Shown: positions 30,001-42,000 of the stretch, one piece after another
Position numbering within the stretch: position 1 is the first letter of the stretch
Layout of the letters: each line of letters opens with the position of its first letter
Assembly (NCBI GenBank): GCA_964354545.1
Contig: CAYHAE010000003.1
Coordinates: 25,019-89,018, forward strand
Direction of reading: 5' to 3'
DNA: 64,000 nt
Source: an uncultured Planctomycetia bacterium
GTDB lineage: Bacteria > Omnitrophota > Gorgyraeia > 2-01-FULL-45-10 > JAHFGN01
Notes under the pieces: generated by a model
Database searches by the model: none
What the model was told of the DNA's origin: nothing
The model's input: the letters and a program-made list of their open reading frames with translations, nothing else
Translations under genes and position numbers: made by a program

Positions 30001-33000
30001 ATCCCGAGAGGGCCAACCTCGTCCATCACAATATCAACAGCTTCGATGTTCCTTCCCTGAAGATGGGAGATGCCTACTACATCGTGACCGAGGAGACGGT
30101 CAATGCCCACTCTTTCACCACCGCCTACACGGCGAAACCCAAGAGCTATCAGAGCTTCATAGACCCTGACACGCAGACCGAGATGGTGGAGATAGAGGGT
30201 GACCGCTATACCGTCAAGGATCCTGCCACCCAGAAGATAGCCCTCAAGAAGGTCATCGCGTCGCCGCTCACCACGACTCAGGACAAGGTGGTCGAGCTGG
30301 GAGGCGTGTTCTATCGCGTCGAAGAGTACGGGCCAGACGGCATCCACCTCTTCAGGGACATCCACGATTCAACGGTCGTCTACCCTTCCTCGAAAGACCC
30401 AGACACCCAGAAAGAGACGGTCACGATAGACGGGCTCCTGTACACCGTCACGGTCGACGGCGACGACATATCCCTCTCGGCAACCGGAAAACAGTACGAG
30501 ATCGCGAAGAACGAATTCGTCATCGACGGGAGGTACTACAAGATCGAGTACAAGGACCTTTCGCAATCATATCAATCGTATTACGGTGCCTACAACGTGC
30601 CCAATAAAGTCGGATATTACGTCTTCGACGATTTCACCAAGAAGTACACCTCTGAAAAGGCGGTGAGGCAGTATACCGACTCCTCCACCTTTACTTCGGG
30701 CAAGGGCTTCCTCACCGGCTCGGGTCTCTCGACCTCCTTCTATAAGACGCGGATCACGATCAACCACAAAGACTACTATATAATCTCCAAGGACAGCGAC
30801 CCGTACAAGTTCGCGCTGCAGGAGGCGATCAGCGAGAGCGAGAGCGCGCGATTGATCACGGTGGGCGACGTCACCTACGCGGTGAAGGACGAGATGCCGA
30901 AGAACGAGGACGAAAGCGTCGAATCGAGGTACAGCGACGGCTACATCGAGGGGAGCTACGAGAACTACATCTCAAACGTGAAGTCCAACACCTACTCCTT
31001 CAGCGACGGGACGAAGGTATACTACTCGAATCCTGCCACGGGAGTAGTAGAACTCGGCGACGGGAAGCTCTACGTGGTGAAGGTCGACGACGCAACAGGC
31101 ACCATCACGCTCGAAGAGAAGGATTCGGCGAGCGCCAATGTGCAGGTGCTCAAAGTCGACGGAAGGCTCTATACCGTGACGGTCGATCCGACCGACCCGA
31201 TGCACATGTTCAAGTTCAACGACGGCTACGGCGAATATACCTCTGCAAAGGACACATTCGGCTTCTATACAGACGGCAATACACTCTACTCCGCGCCCGA
31301 CATATATGAGAACAACACGCAGGGGATGAAGGGCCGGGAGACGAGGGAGAATTTCGAGGGTTACACGAAGGAGAACCTCTTCGGCAAACAGTGGGACTAT
31401 CGGACATATTGGATGGGAGGCGATCAGTCCACGGAAGTGCAGAAGTATTCAAGGAACGAGATGAACTACAAGTTCACCATCGCCCAGGACGGCGAATACG
31501 ATGTGGGGCTCTTCGCCAAGACGTACGAGAATATGGAGTCGCCTCTCAGGAGGAGGCTCGAGGGGTGGAGTACGTATCGCGACGAACCGCCCACGGACGT
31601 GAACTACATCTTCCAGGTATGGGTGGACGGACTGTCGAGGGGTACCTTCTCCCTCACTGTGGACGACAAGGACTTCAAGAAGGGCTTCATCAAGCTCAAC
31701 CTCGATGCGGGAGAGCACGACATAAAGATAAGCTGGGACCTCCCGGCGAAAGCGGGCGAGCAATATGATGAGGAGATGTGGGGGATGACGAATTACTACA
31801 GCCAGAGAGACCTCTTCGGGGACCTGAGCCTCCAGGTGAAGGACGTATTTATAGGCGCGCCGGAGATAGACAAGGCCGATCTGAACGGCGACCTCAAGGT
31901 GGATGGCGCAGACCTCGCTATCCTTACGGCAAATCTGAACAAGACGGGGAAGGTGAGCGAGATGTACCGGGACGAGGTGATCCGGCTCAACAACAAGTTC
32001 TATTACTATACGGACAACGGCGATAATACGTTCACCTTTACCGGAGCGGAGGGCGCCGCGACGAGCACTCTGAACCGCAAGGTGATGATAGACGGCACCA
32101 CGTATAACGTCTACACGTTTGAGCGCGCTCGAGACGTCACGGAGGACGATGGCAGCCGCGACCACTACTTCTCACTCGGCGGGACGGTCTACTACATCGT
32201 GAAGATAGACGATCATATGTACGGGGCGTATGAGTTGCGGAACGGGGCGAGCGTCATCACCGTGAATTACGATTGGGATAGAAGCGGATACTACGTCACC
32301 CTCGACCAGGAATATGAGATCGAGAGTCTCGTGTCACAGCCCGTGAAGTACATCATGCTGAAGGAGTACGCCCTCGCGAGCGCCATAATCGCGGATAAGA
32401 TAATCGAGGTGGCGGGCACAAGGTACCTCGTGACCGCAAATCCTGACGGCTCGTTCAACTTCGACGACCAGCATAATCCTATCGTCACCTCGGACGGCCC
32501 CACGGGCAGGATCATCCTCAACAATACACTCCTCTACCTCTCGTCCGATCCGATGACCAAGGACGTGACGCTCGACGAGATCATACTGAACGGGAAACCG
32601 CTTGCCACCTCCAAGATCATGCAGGTCGGAGGGAAGTTCTACGGCGTCGAGAAGGTATTTACGGGCAGAGGCACCCAGTTCACCTACAGGTTCTATTCCG
32701 ACCTCTCGGCGTATGAAGATGCGGTCATGGAGAACGACACGAGAGGCACTGTCATCCTGGACGGCAGGAACTACATCCTCAGCGTTGACGGAAACGGAGC
32801 CATCACATTGCAGGAGGCGCTCATCGCCGTGGAGTCCGTCACTAAACAGAAGATAAATATAGGAGGGACAGAGTATCTCATCATCGATAACGGGGACGGG
32901 ACGTTCACCTTCGGCTCACGCTACGACGCCTTCACGAGCGCCGCCGACGATTCAGTCCAGATCAACGGCCAGGTCTACTACATCTTCACCAACCGCACGA

Positions 33001-36000
33001 CAGGGACGTTCTCGCTTATCAAAGAGATGCCCATAAGGAGCGAGGCAGCGGGAGACCTGGCGGTCGTCATACCGACGAAGATCTACGGAGAGACGGCGAA
33101 GAGCTATATCTTCGAAGAGACGACGCCCGGGATATATCAGTTCTACGACGCGGACAAGAACCCTGTCGCGACGAGCACGCCGGAAAAGACCATCACGCTC
33201 AACTCAATTATGTACGATATCACGATCGAGGGCGCAGGCCTTGTGCTCACCGAGAGGCCTCTTGAGAGCGTCGCGGTAGACGGCAAATTCCTCCCCACGT
33301 ACGCCCCCGACGGGAAGAGCTATGCGCGGATCTATACGGTGACCGAGGTCTCTCCCGGAGTATTCGTATTCGATGACGGCCATACCCAGACCCCGAGCCA
33401 GCCCGACAACACCGTCAGGCTGGATGACATCGTCTATGAGATATCAAAGGCGGGCGAGAGGATCATGCTCGCCAAGAAGCCGCTCAGGTCCGTGACGGCA
33501 ACTGACGTTCAATCGGTAAAACTGGACGGCGTCCAGTACGACGTGACGACGGTCGCAGAGAAGTACGTCTTCTCAGACGGCATCAATCCTTCCGTGACCT
33601 CGCCCGATAATCTGACGGTGACGCTCAAGGGACACGACTATAAGATAGAGCTCGTGAGCGACAAGATAGTGCTTTCAGAGCTTGTCCAGACGATAAACAT
33701 TGCCGCAGCGAACTGGATAATGGTGGGCACCACGTATTTCCTCGTCACCAAGGGTACCGGTGTGGGTGAGTACATACTGGACGACGGGACGACTACATGG
33801 AACGTAGTCGTGGGAGGCACCTATAACATCATGGGCATTACCTACCTGGTACTCGAGAACGCCACGCAGGACTTCGTATTGAAGAGCCAGCGGATAACGG
33901 TGGGGACGAGCGCCACAGGCACGTTCATAAAAGTGGACAGCGACATCCTGAGGGTCACGCAGGCAGGGAGCATCTACACGTTCAATGACGGGGTCCAGGA
34001 TGTAGGGAGCGGACAGATCGGCCAGACGATCAACTGGCACAATATGACATTCACGATCAAAGGGACGGGTCTCTCCGACATCAAGCTGGATGGGGGCACT
34101 GTGGTCTCATCGAACCACCAGTGCTATACGAGCACCTTTAACTACGAGTACGGCGGCATTTATATAAACGGACTGCAATACGCGTGGGTATGGTGGTTCA
34201 GCGCAGGGGAGCACTTCTCTTTCACTCGCAGCGGCCACACGGATTACGCCGAGGAGCGGGGCGGTATCTGGTATGTGACGATAGACACCACCGAGTACCA
34301 GGTCGAAGGGGATCCTTCTTACACAGGCAGCCCCTATCCTCACTACTTCGAGTTGAGAGAAGGGATTCCGCCCTCTACGCGTGTCACCGTGCCCGCAATG
34401 GTCTACGCGAATGACTACTATGCCTTGAGCGGGACGGCGGGCTCCTACATCATGGATAATGCTGCCTCTGTCATAACGTTCGACGCGGACAACAAGACGA
34501 CCCTCGGCGGTAAGCCCTATCAGATCACAGGGACATATCCGAGCGCCCTGGTTCTGGAAGGGCCTGCCTCCGACTCCGTTCACATATCCGACACCCAGAT
34601 CATCCTCGAAGGCACCACGTACACGATCTCCTACAGCGACAGCACCTATACCCTCGATGACGGGGCAGGCCACGTCTACACCGCGCAGGTCGGCACGCCG
34701 GTCGTCATAAATGACATCGCCTACGACGTCTTCGGTTCGGGCGACAACAACATAAGCCTCGAGACGACGATACCCGGAGTTGCGAGCACGAGGGTCACCG
34801 ACAGGGTGCTGAATGTCGCCGGCAACCTCGTCTCGGTCACATTCGACGGCTCGTCCTTCACCTTCCACAACGGCCGCGAGGTAATGGGAAGCAGCATGAT
34901 AGGCGGGTCGTTCGTCTATGGAGGGAAATCGTACAGGGTCACGGGCACAAGCCTCGCCGATGTGCAGCTTGAGAAGTTGAATATTGTGACCATGTACAGC
35001 CATACTACGTCTACCAGTCCGACAACCCCACCGTATACCTCTGCATCCGGCAGTTTCGAGAAAGGCGGCGAGCCATGGGGATGGATGTATTACGACTACG
35101 GCGACGGCGATCGGTCTCTCACCATCAGCCGGTACTCAACAATGTATTCAGCGGGCTATGACTCGGAAACCCACACATGGTGGGTAGACGTAAATCTTGT
35201 CTATTATGAGGTCGAGGGCGATCCTGCCATGGGCGCGATCGACTTGAGGGCATGGGTGACGAGCACCCTCGAAACCGGTTCCGTGATACGGTTCAGGGAC
35301 GACCTCTATACGTTCACAGGCACGACCGGCAGTTATGCGATCAATGACGGGACCGCCACGTGGCCCTTTGACGCCTCCGATGAAGCCACCTTCGGTAATA
35401 TGCGATACAACGTGACGGCACCGGAGGAGATAACGGGTCCTTATGCTACTTCCATAAAGGCGGCGAACAACGTCATCGCCGTGAAGGGGAAGAGATATTT
35501 CGTGCAATTCGATGATTTCAGCCTTCGTTATATGTTCATAAATAACACCGACTTCCACATAAGCGAATATTTCACTGACTTGGTGGATTTCGGCGACGGC
35601 GATATCTACAAGGCCTCCGGAAGGGAGAATGCGGTGCTCACCAGGGTCCTCGTCTCAGACATCAATAATGACGGCAGCGTGACGGTAGCTGACGAGACCA
35701 TCATCATGACCGCACTCACAGGCGACTACGTCCTTGCCGCAGACCTGGACCACGACGGGAACATAGACTGGAACGATGTCGACATCTTCAGGCGCGAGAG
35801 GGATTCGACCGGATACTGGCAGAAGATGGACGTCGATGGGACGGTCTACTATGCGACGCGGCGCACCGACGGCATCTACCGGTTCTTCGACCTGGTCAAT
35901 TCGCCTGTGGATGCGAACGCGACCAACTCGAGGGTCGCCCTGAAAGGCATCGAATACATCATGAGCATCAACGGCGGGACCGGTGAGCTCAGCCTTGTCG

Positions 36001-39000
36001 AGGATAGAAAGGCGGACCTCAACAACGACGGGAACCTCGATGACTACGACAGGACCATCCTGCAGAACGCGATGGGGTCGTGCTACATCCCGCCTAAGGA
36101 CGGAACGGATTTCACCACTACGTCCCAATATGTAGATGAATACCTCTTCCTGGAGGATGCTTTCATGCACTGGGGCGATGACGCCATGGCAGATGGAGGC
36201 GGCGACCCGGCTTATCCGCGATACCTCGACTACATCTTTACCACGACCAGCGCGGGTAACTTCGATATCGGCCTCGATGTGAAGGCAGCAGGCAGCTGGA
36301 GGAACGACTACATACCTCCGGCCAGCTATTCCTACAATATAGAGGTCTATGTGGACGGACAGAGTATCGGGACCCTCTGGATCTCTGCAACCGGCGATGC
36401 CTACTCCGAAGGCCTTATAAATCTGGACTTGAGCGCGGGCAGCCACACAGTACGGTTCGAGTGGCACAACCTCGACCAGATGGTCGCGCTCAGGATCGGA
36501 AGGATGGTTCTGAGGTCGGGCAATTACGACGCGAACGCGGATATCAATCAGGACCTGAGGGTCGATGAGCTCGATGCCGCGATCTTCAACGAGCAGTTCA
36601 AGTCCACCACGGACGGGGAGCTCATCACGCTGAGGAACGACAGGTTCTATGTGACCAAAGCGGGAACGACCTATAGATTCGATGACGTGGGCAGGATCCT
36701 CGCGACAGAGGATAGCGCTGTCACCAGTTACCACACAGAAGGCCGCTTCGAAATGAGCACATTTTCGACGTCAGTCTCGTGGAGCTACGATGGGACGAAC
36801 CTCACGATGTCGTATTACGATTTCATGCATGCTCATGGCCAGGTAACGACGGATGCGTACAAGGTGAGCAACACCTGGTACGTGGAGATAGCGGGTACCG
36901 TCTACAAGGTCCTCGGCGACCCCTCGCGCGAGGCAATAAATCTTGACAACGCAGGGCAGCTCTCATCGGCTAACAGCAGGGTGACGCTCAACAGGAGGTC
37001 CGGCCATTTCGTCTTCTACGGGAACCTGTGGAACTGGTCCTATGAATATAACGGGACGACCGAGACGCTCACCGTAAAGGACGCCGTTGCATATAAGAGG
37101 AACAGTACCTGGTACGTGGACCTCGCGGCGGGACCCGTCACCACCACTTACGAGGTCTCAGGCAACCCGTCCGTCGATGCCATCAATTTAAAAGTCGCGC
37201 CGATCTACAGCGTGCCGGACGGAAGTATGGTGAACCTCGGTGGGCAGGACTTCTTCATAACGCTCGTTGGGGACAAGGTGAAGCTCACCGAGGACCAGAT
37301 CGCGGACGTGAACGGCGACTTCAAGGTGGACACGCTCGATGAGCAGGCAATAACCAGCGTGCTCAACTCCTCCTTGATCCCCGATAAGGCGGCCAAGAAT
37401 GTGTTTGGCGCTTATGGGACTGACTGGGTAGGGTTCTATTGGCCTACGGGTGAAGATTCGATGGTCGCTTACCATGACGGGGATCATGGTCCGGAGCCGG
37501 GAGACGAGCCGGAGCACTTCCTCACCTATGAGTTCGACGTAAACGGTGCAGGGAACTACGACCTCGGGTTCACCGCGAGGGCGCGTAACGGAACTACGCT
37601 GCCCGACGGCTATACGAGCTATGCGATAGAGGTCTTCATAGACGGTGTCTCGGCGGGCGTTATCAACGTCGTAGCAGACCAGGAATACCAGACAGGGACG
37701 AAGAACCTTGCGATCCAGCGGGGCATTCACAGGATAAAGTTCAAGTGGGCGAATCCCGTGGACTTCTCCAATATTGAGATAGGCAGGGTCTTCGTGAGGG
37801 ACACCCAGTACGATGCGGTCTTCGACCTCAATAAGGATAAGAAGATAGATTACCTCGACCTCGACCTCTTCGATACCTATCGGGTCAGAACAGACGGGTC
37901 GCAGCACATACGGTTGGAAGGGACAGAGTATTTCGCGAAGAGACAGAGGGACGGTTCCTACCGCTTCGACGACGGGGTCACGACGCCTGCTGTAAGCGAC
38001 CCCGCCACGCACAAGGTCACGCTCGAGGGCCACGACTTCTTCATCGTCATCGATAGGTCCACGGGTAAGATGGAGCTCGTGCAGGACATGGACATCGACA
38101 TCACGAACGACGGTCTCATCGACAAGAACGACGACATAGCGATGCAGAACGCCATGACCGCGTTGCAGCAAAAGAAAGGCGCGCAGGAGTACAGGAGATT
38201 GAGCGCCGTGAAAGACCCGTCGTATCCGTACGGCTGGGGGTGGACGGTCCTCGGCGATTCGATCGAGGAAGGCGAGAGCGAACGGATGATGTACATGGAA
38301 GGCTTTGGCCAAGCCCTGTGGGCGGAATACAAGTTCTACGTAGAAAAGGAAGGGGATTACCAGGTCGGCCTGTCAGCGCAGAACCTCACCGAGAACACGA
38401 AACCGATCGACTGGAAGAGCTGGGATAACGTGAATAACCTCTCGACCCCGATATTCACCCAGGAAGGCACTATGCAGATGAATATACTGCGCAGGAACCC
38501 TTACTTCTACTTCGGCAATCAATCGTGGGGATACTGGATGAACAGGGTCTTCGATCCTGAGACGAAATCATGGGTGCAGGAGACCCTCGGCATCGATCCC
38601 ACGATGAAGGTCGTGAAGATAAGGATGCGCTCGAACAACGGGACGAAGGCCAAGGTCTACTGGAACAGGGAAACGGATCAGCAGGGCGTCTGGTCTGAAG
38701 ACAGGTCAGACTGGTTCATGATCAACGCGGACAACGAGATGCACACCTATACCTTGGACTTCACGGACAATCCAAACTGGAGCGGGAAGATAACCGAACT
38801 GAGGATAGACCCTGTTGAAGACGAAACGGTCGAGGTAGGCGCTATCGAGATAGAGTCGATAAGCATCCACATGACACGCGACTCTGGCCCCGTGAAGGTA
38901 TGGGGCGTCAATCCTAACGCCACGGAGCCCGCGTCGTTCTACTTCGCGGTCCATACTGACGGCAACACGGACGCCTATCAGCTGGGCGACATCAAGGGAT

Positions 39001-42000
39001 ACGCGAAGGTGACGTGGGACAACGAGGAATACCGGCGCGGAGCCGCGGAGGTCCACCTCACGCCCGGCTGGCACAGCGTCGTCTACGAGTGGCTCAACGA
39101 TTACGGGATCGAATCCCGGATATCGGTGAAGGACGTTTTCATAGCCCAGGTCAACGAGAAGGCGGACTTCAACAAGGACCTCTGGATCGACGAGACGGAC
39201 TACACGCTCTATAGTTCGAAGAAGGCGGTGAACCTCTCGTCCGACTCCGTAGACCTCGGCGGGAAGTACTACAACATGGCGAAGACCGCGGACGGGAAGG
39301 CGTTCGAGCTCACCACGTTCAAGGACGGCTCCGCCACGTTCACGAGCGACGTCTACACGAAGAGGGTGCGGATCAACGATGCCGACTTCGTCGTCATCTT
39401 GGACCGTACCACGGGAGGGGTGAAGCTCGGCCAGCCGAGCTTGGAATCGACGAGACGCGCAGACTCCGCACTCACCGTCCAGGGAGGGCGCTATGAAGTA
39501 TTGGAATTCCCGGACAGCACGTTCACCTTCACGAAGACCGATACGATATCCGAAGAGACGAGCAAGGTGGTCGTCGACAACGGCGTCACCCGCAACATCA
39601 AGGTCGTCATGGTGAACGGGATCGAATACGAGATATTGCAGCACCTGGATGGCCGCATCTCGCTCATCTCCCGCGAGATGGAGCCGGTGAGCGCGTACTC
39701 GAACGCGAGCAGCGCAAAATCGAAATTCGTGGTCGACGGCGTTGAGGTGTACGACGGTTACTGGAAGAATGGATTCAACTTCGTGGCGATAGATCCGAGG
39801 ACGAAAGAGCTCACACTGAGGAACTTCGATATCGCCACCGACGCCAACCTCAACGCGGAGATGATACGGTTCATCAACGGGCTGCCGAGGGGTACGCACG
39901 TGCTCGTGTCGATCCAGCAAGACGGGTACACGCACCTGTGGAACGAGACGCGCCTTGCGTTCCAATCCCTGGGGAGCGAGTTCGCCCGATACATAGATTC
40001 GACGAATGACAGGTGGGTGCTGATAGGGAGGAAGGGTGCAGAGATAGGCAGCGTGCCCGAGACCCTCACCCAGGGTAATACCCTGGCAACGTTAGATTCA
40101 CAGGTTACGATCGTCGGCAACAAGGTCTGGACGAGCATGGAAGACAAGGGCAACATAATCCTCATCGACGGAGAGAAGTACGCGCTGCGCACCGTGGACG
40201 AGAAGCTCACCATCATGAAAGATACCGCTTCCACAAGCTTCAAGGACATTGACGACGGAAAGACAAAAGTAGACATAGGCGGGACCGTCTATGAAATGAC
40301 AAAAGAGACAGACGGGAGCGTGACGCTCACCTTCGGCGCCGAGACGAGCACCAAAGTCGCAGACGAGGTGATCGACATCGCGGGGACCGCATACGACGTG
40401 ACTGTGAGCGGGAACGTGTATACGTTCTCAGACGGCGTCAACCCGACGTCCACAAGCGCGGGGAACTACGTGGAGCTTTCCGGGGTTACCTATGAGATCA
40501 TCCCGCAGGCAGACGGCGGGATACTGTTGCGCAGAAGGGATATGCCCCAGTATGCGGAAGTCACCGACGCCTCGCAGTACCTCATTACGCTCGACGGCAC
40601 TGTCTACTACGCGACGCCCATCGACAATCCACAGCCTCCGCCCGCGAAACTCTACACCTTCTCGGACGGCACAAATACCTTCACTTCCTTTATGGACGGC
40701 GCGGTGCAGAAGGTGCAGATCAACGACCTCGTATACGAGGTCTCCCTGGACAGGAAGGGCAATGTCATGCTGCGCCACCTCGAGGCGATGAGCTCGAACG
40801 TCGCGGACCAGCAGGTCACGATCGAAGGGAGGCCCTTCTACATCCTCACTAATGACGATGGGACCTTTACGTTCACCAATATCACGGCGGACGAGGTCTA
40901 CACGTCCCGATTCGAGACCGACGGCACCAACCTCATACCTGTGGCCGACATCGAGATGAAGGACGGGACGTATTCCACCTTCGAGATCTTCCAGGACTAT
41001 TCGACGGGAACCGTCACGCTCACCGAGCGGGTGACGCCTGCCGAGTCCGATGTGAACAAACTGGTGACGCTCAAGGGCGAGACGTACCAGATGAAGAAGA
41101 TCGGCACACGCGGCGTCTACGCGTTCATCGATAAGTATGGAGCGGAGAAGTGGACGAGGCTCCTGAACGAGACGCGGCTCATAGAGCTCGGCGGATATAC
41201 CTACGAGATCAAGGACAACACGAAGCTCAAGCTCGAGCAGCCCAGGCTGGTGGACAAGGTGATGCTGATCGGCGATTTCGACGGCAACGGGCGGATCGAC
41301 CTGCAGGACGTGAGCGCCTTCGTGAGGATCGGAGGGTACTATAAGGATGTGAACGGCGACGGCTCCGTTGACGACCTGGATGTTGAGGCCCTGAGGAGGA
41401 TCATATGGTTCCAGACCGTCGGCATCGTCACCCCGCAGAATATCGCCTCGCTCATGAAGAGGGCCGATGTGAACAAGGACAAGGTGGTGGACTTCAGGGA
41501 CGCGAACGACCTGATGGAGGTGGTGTACAATAGGTACGACATCGGCGGCAGCGACGATGCGGACGGGGACAGGATAGCGGACGCGATCGAGACCGCCCTC
41601 TACGGGGACCTCTCGGTCGACATGTCCCAGGAAGGCATCGCGACCGACTCGGACGGCGATACCATCGCTGACATCGTCGAAAAGCTCACCTATGGGGACC
41701 TCACCTGCGACACGATCGCCGATGCAGACGGCGACGGTATCGACGATACCCTCGAGGTGAAGATATGGGGTTCCACGATCGCGACAAACTCGCTCTCATA
41801 TGATTCTGATCACGACGGCGTCGCCGACATCGTCGAGGTGCTCCTCTACGGCGACCTCACCACCGCGGCTCAGGGCGATGACCTGGACAGGGACGGAGTT
41901 GCAGACGCGATCGAGTCTGCCATCTACGACAGCCTCTCGGCCGACATGTTCGAGAATGGCATCGCGACCGATTCGGACGGAGACGGGATAGCGGACATCG

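Larger units (their letters stand above)
22560..33500 (+). repeat. Long array of the unnamed beta module carrying several inserted domains
   Basis: Same consensus as 7800-9945, e.g. LIKLGEQQYEVLDNQDGTFTLRDG and IIEVAGTRYLVTANPDGSFNF. Confidence 0.72.
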
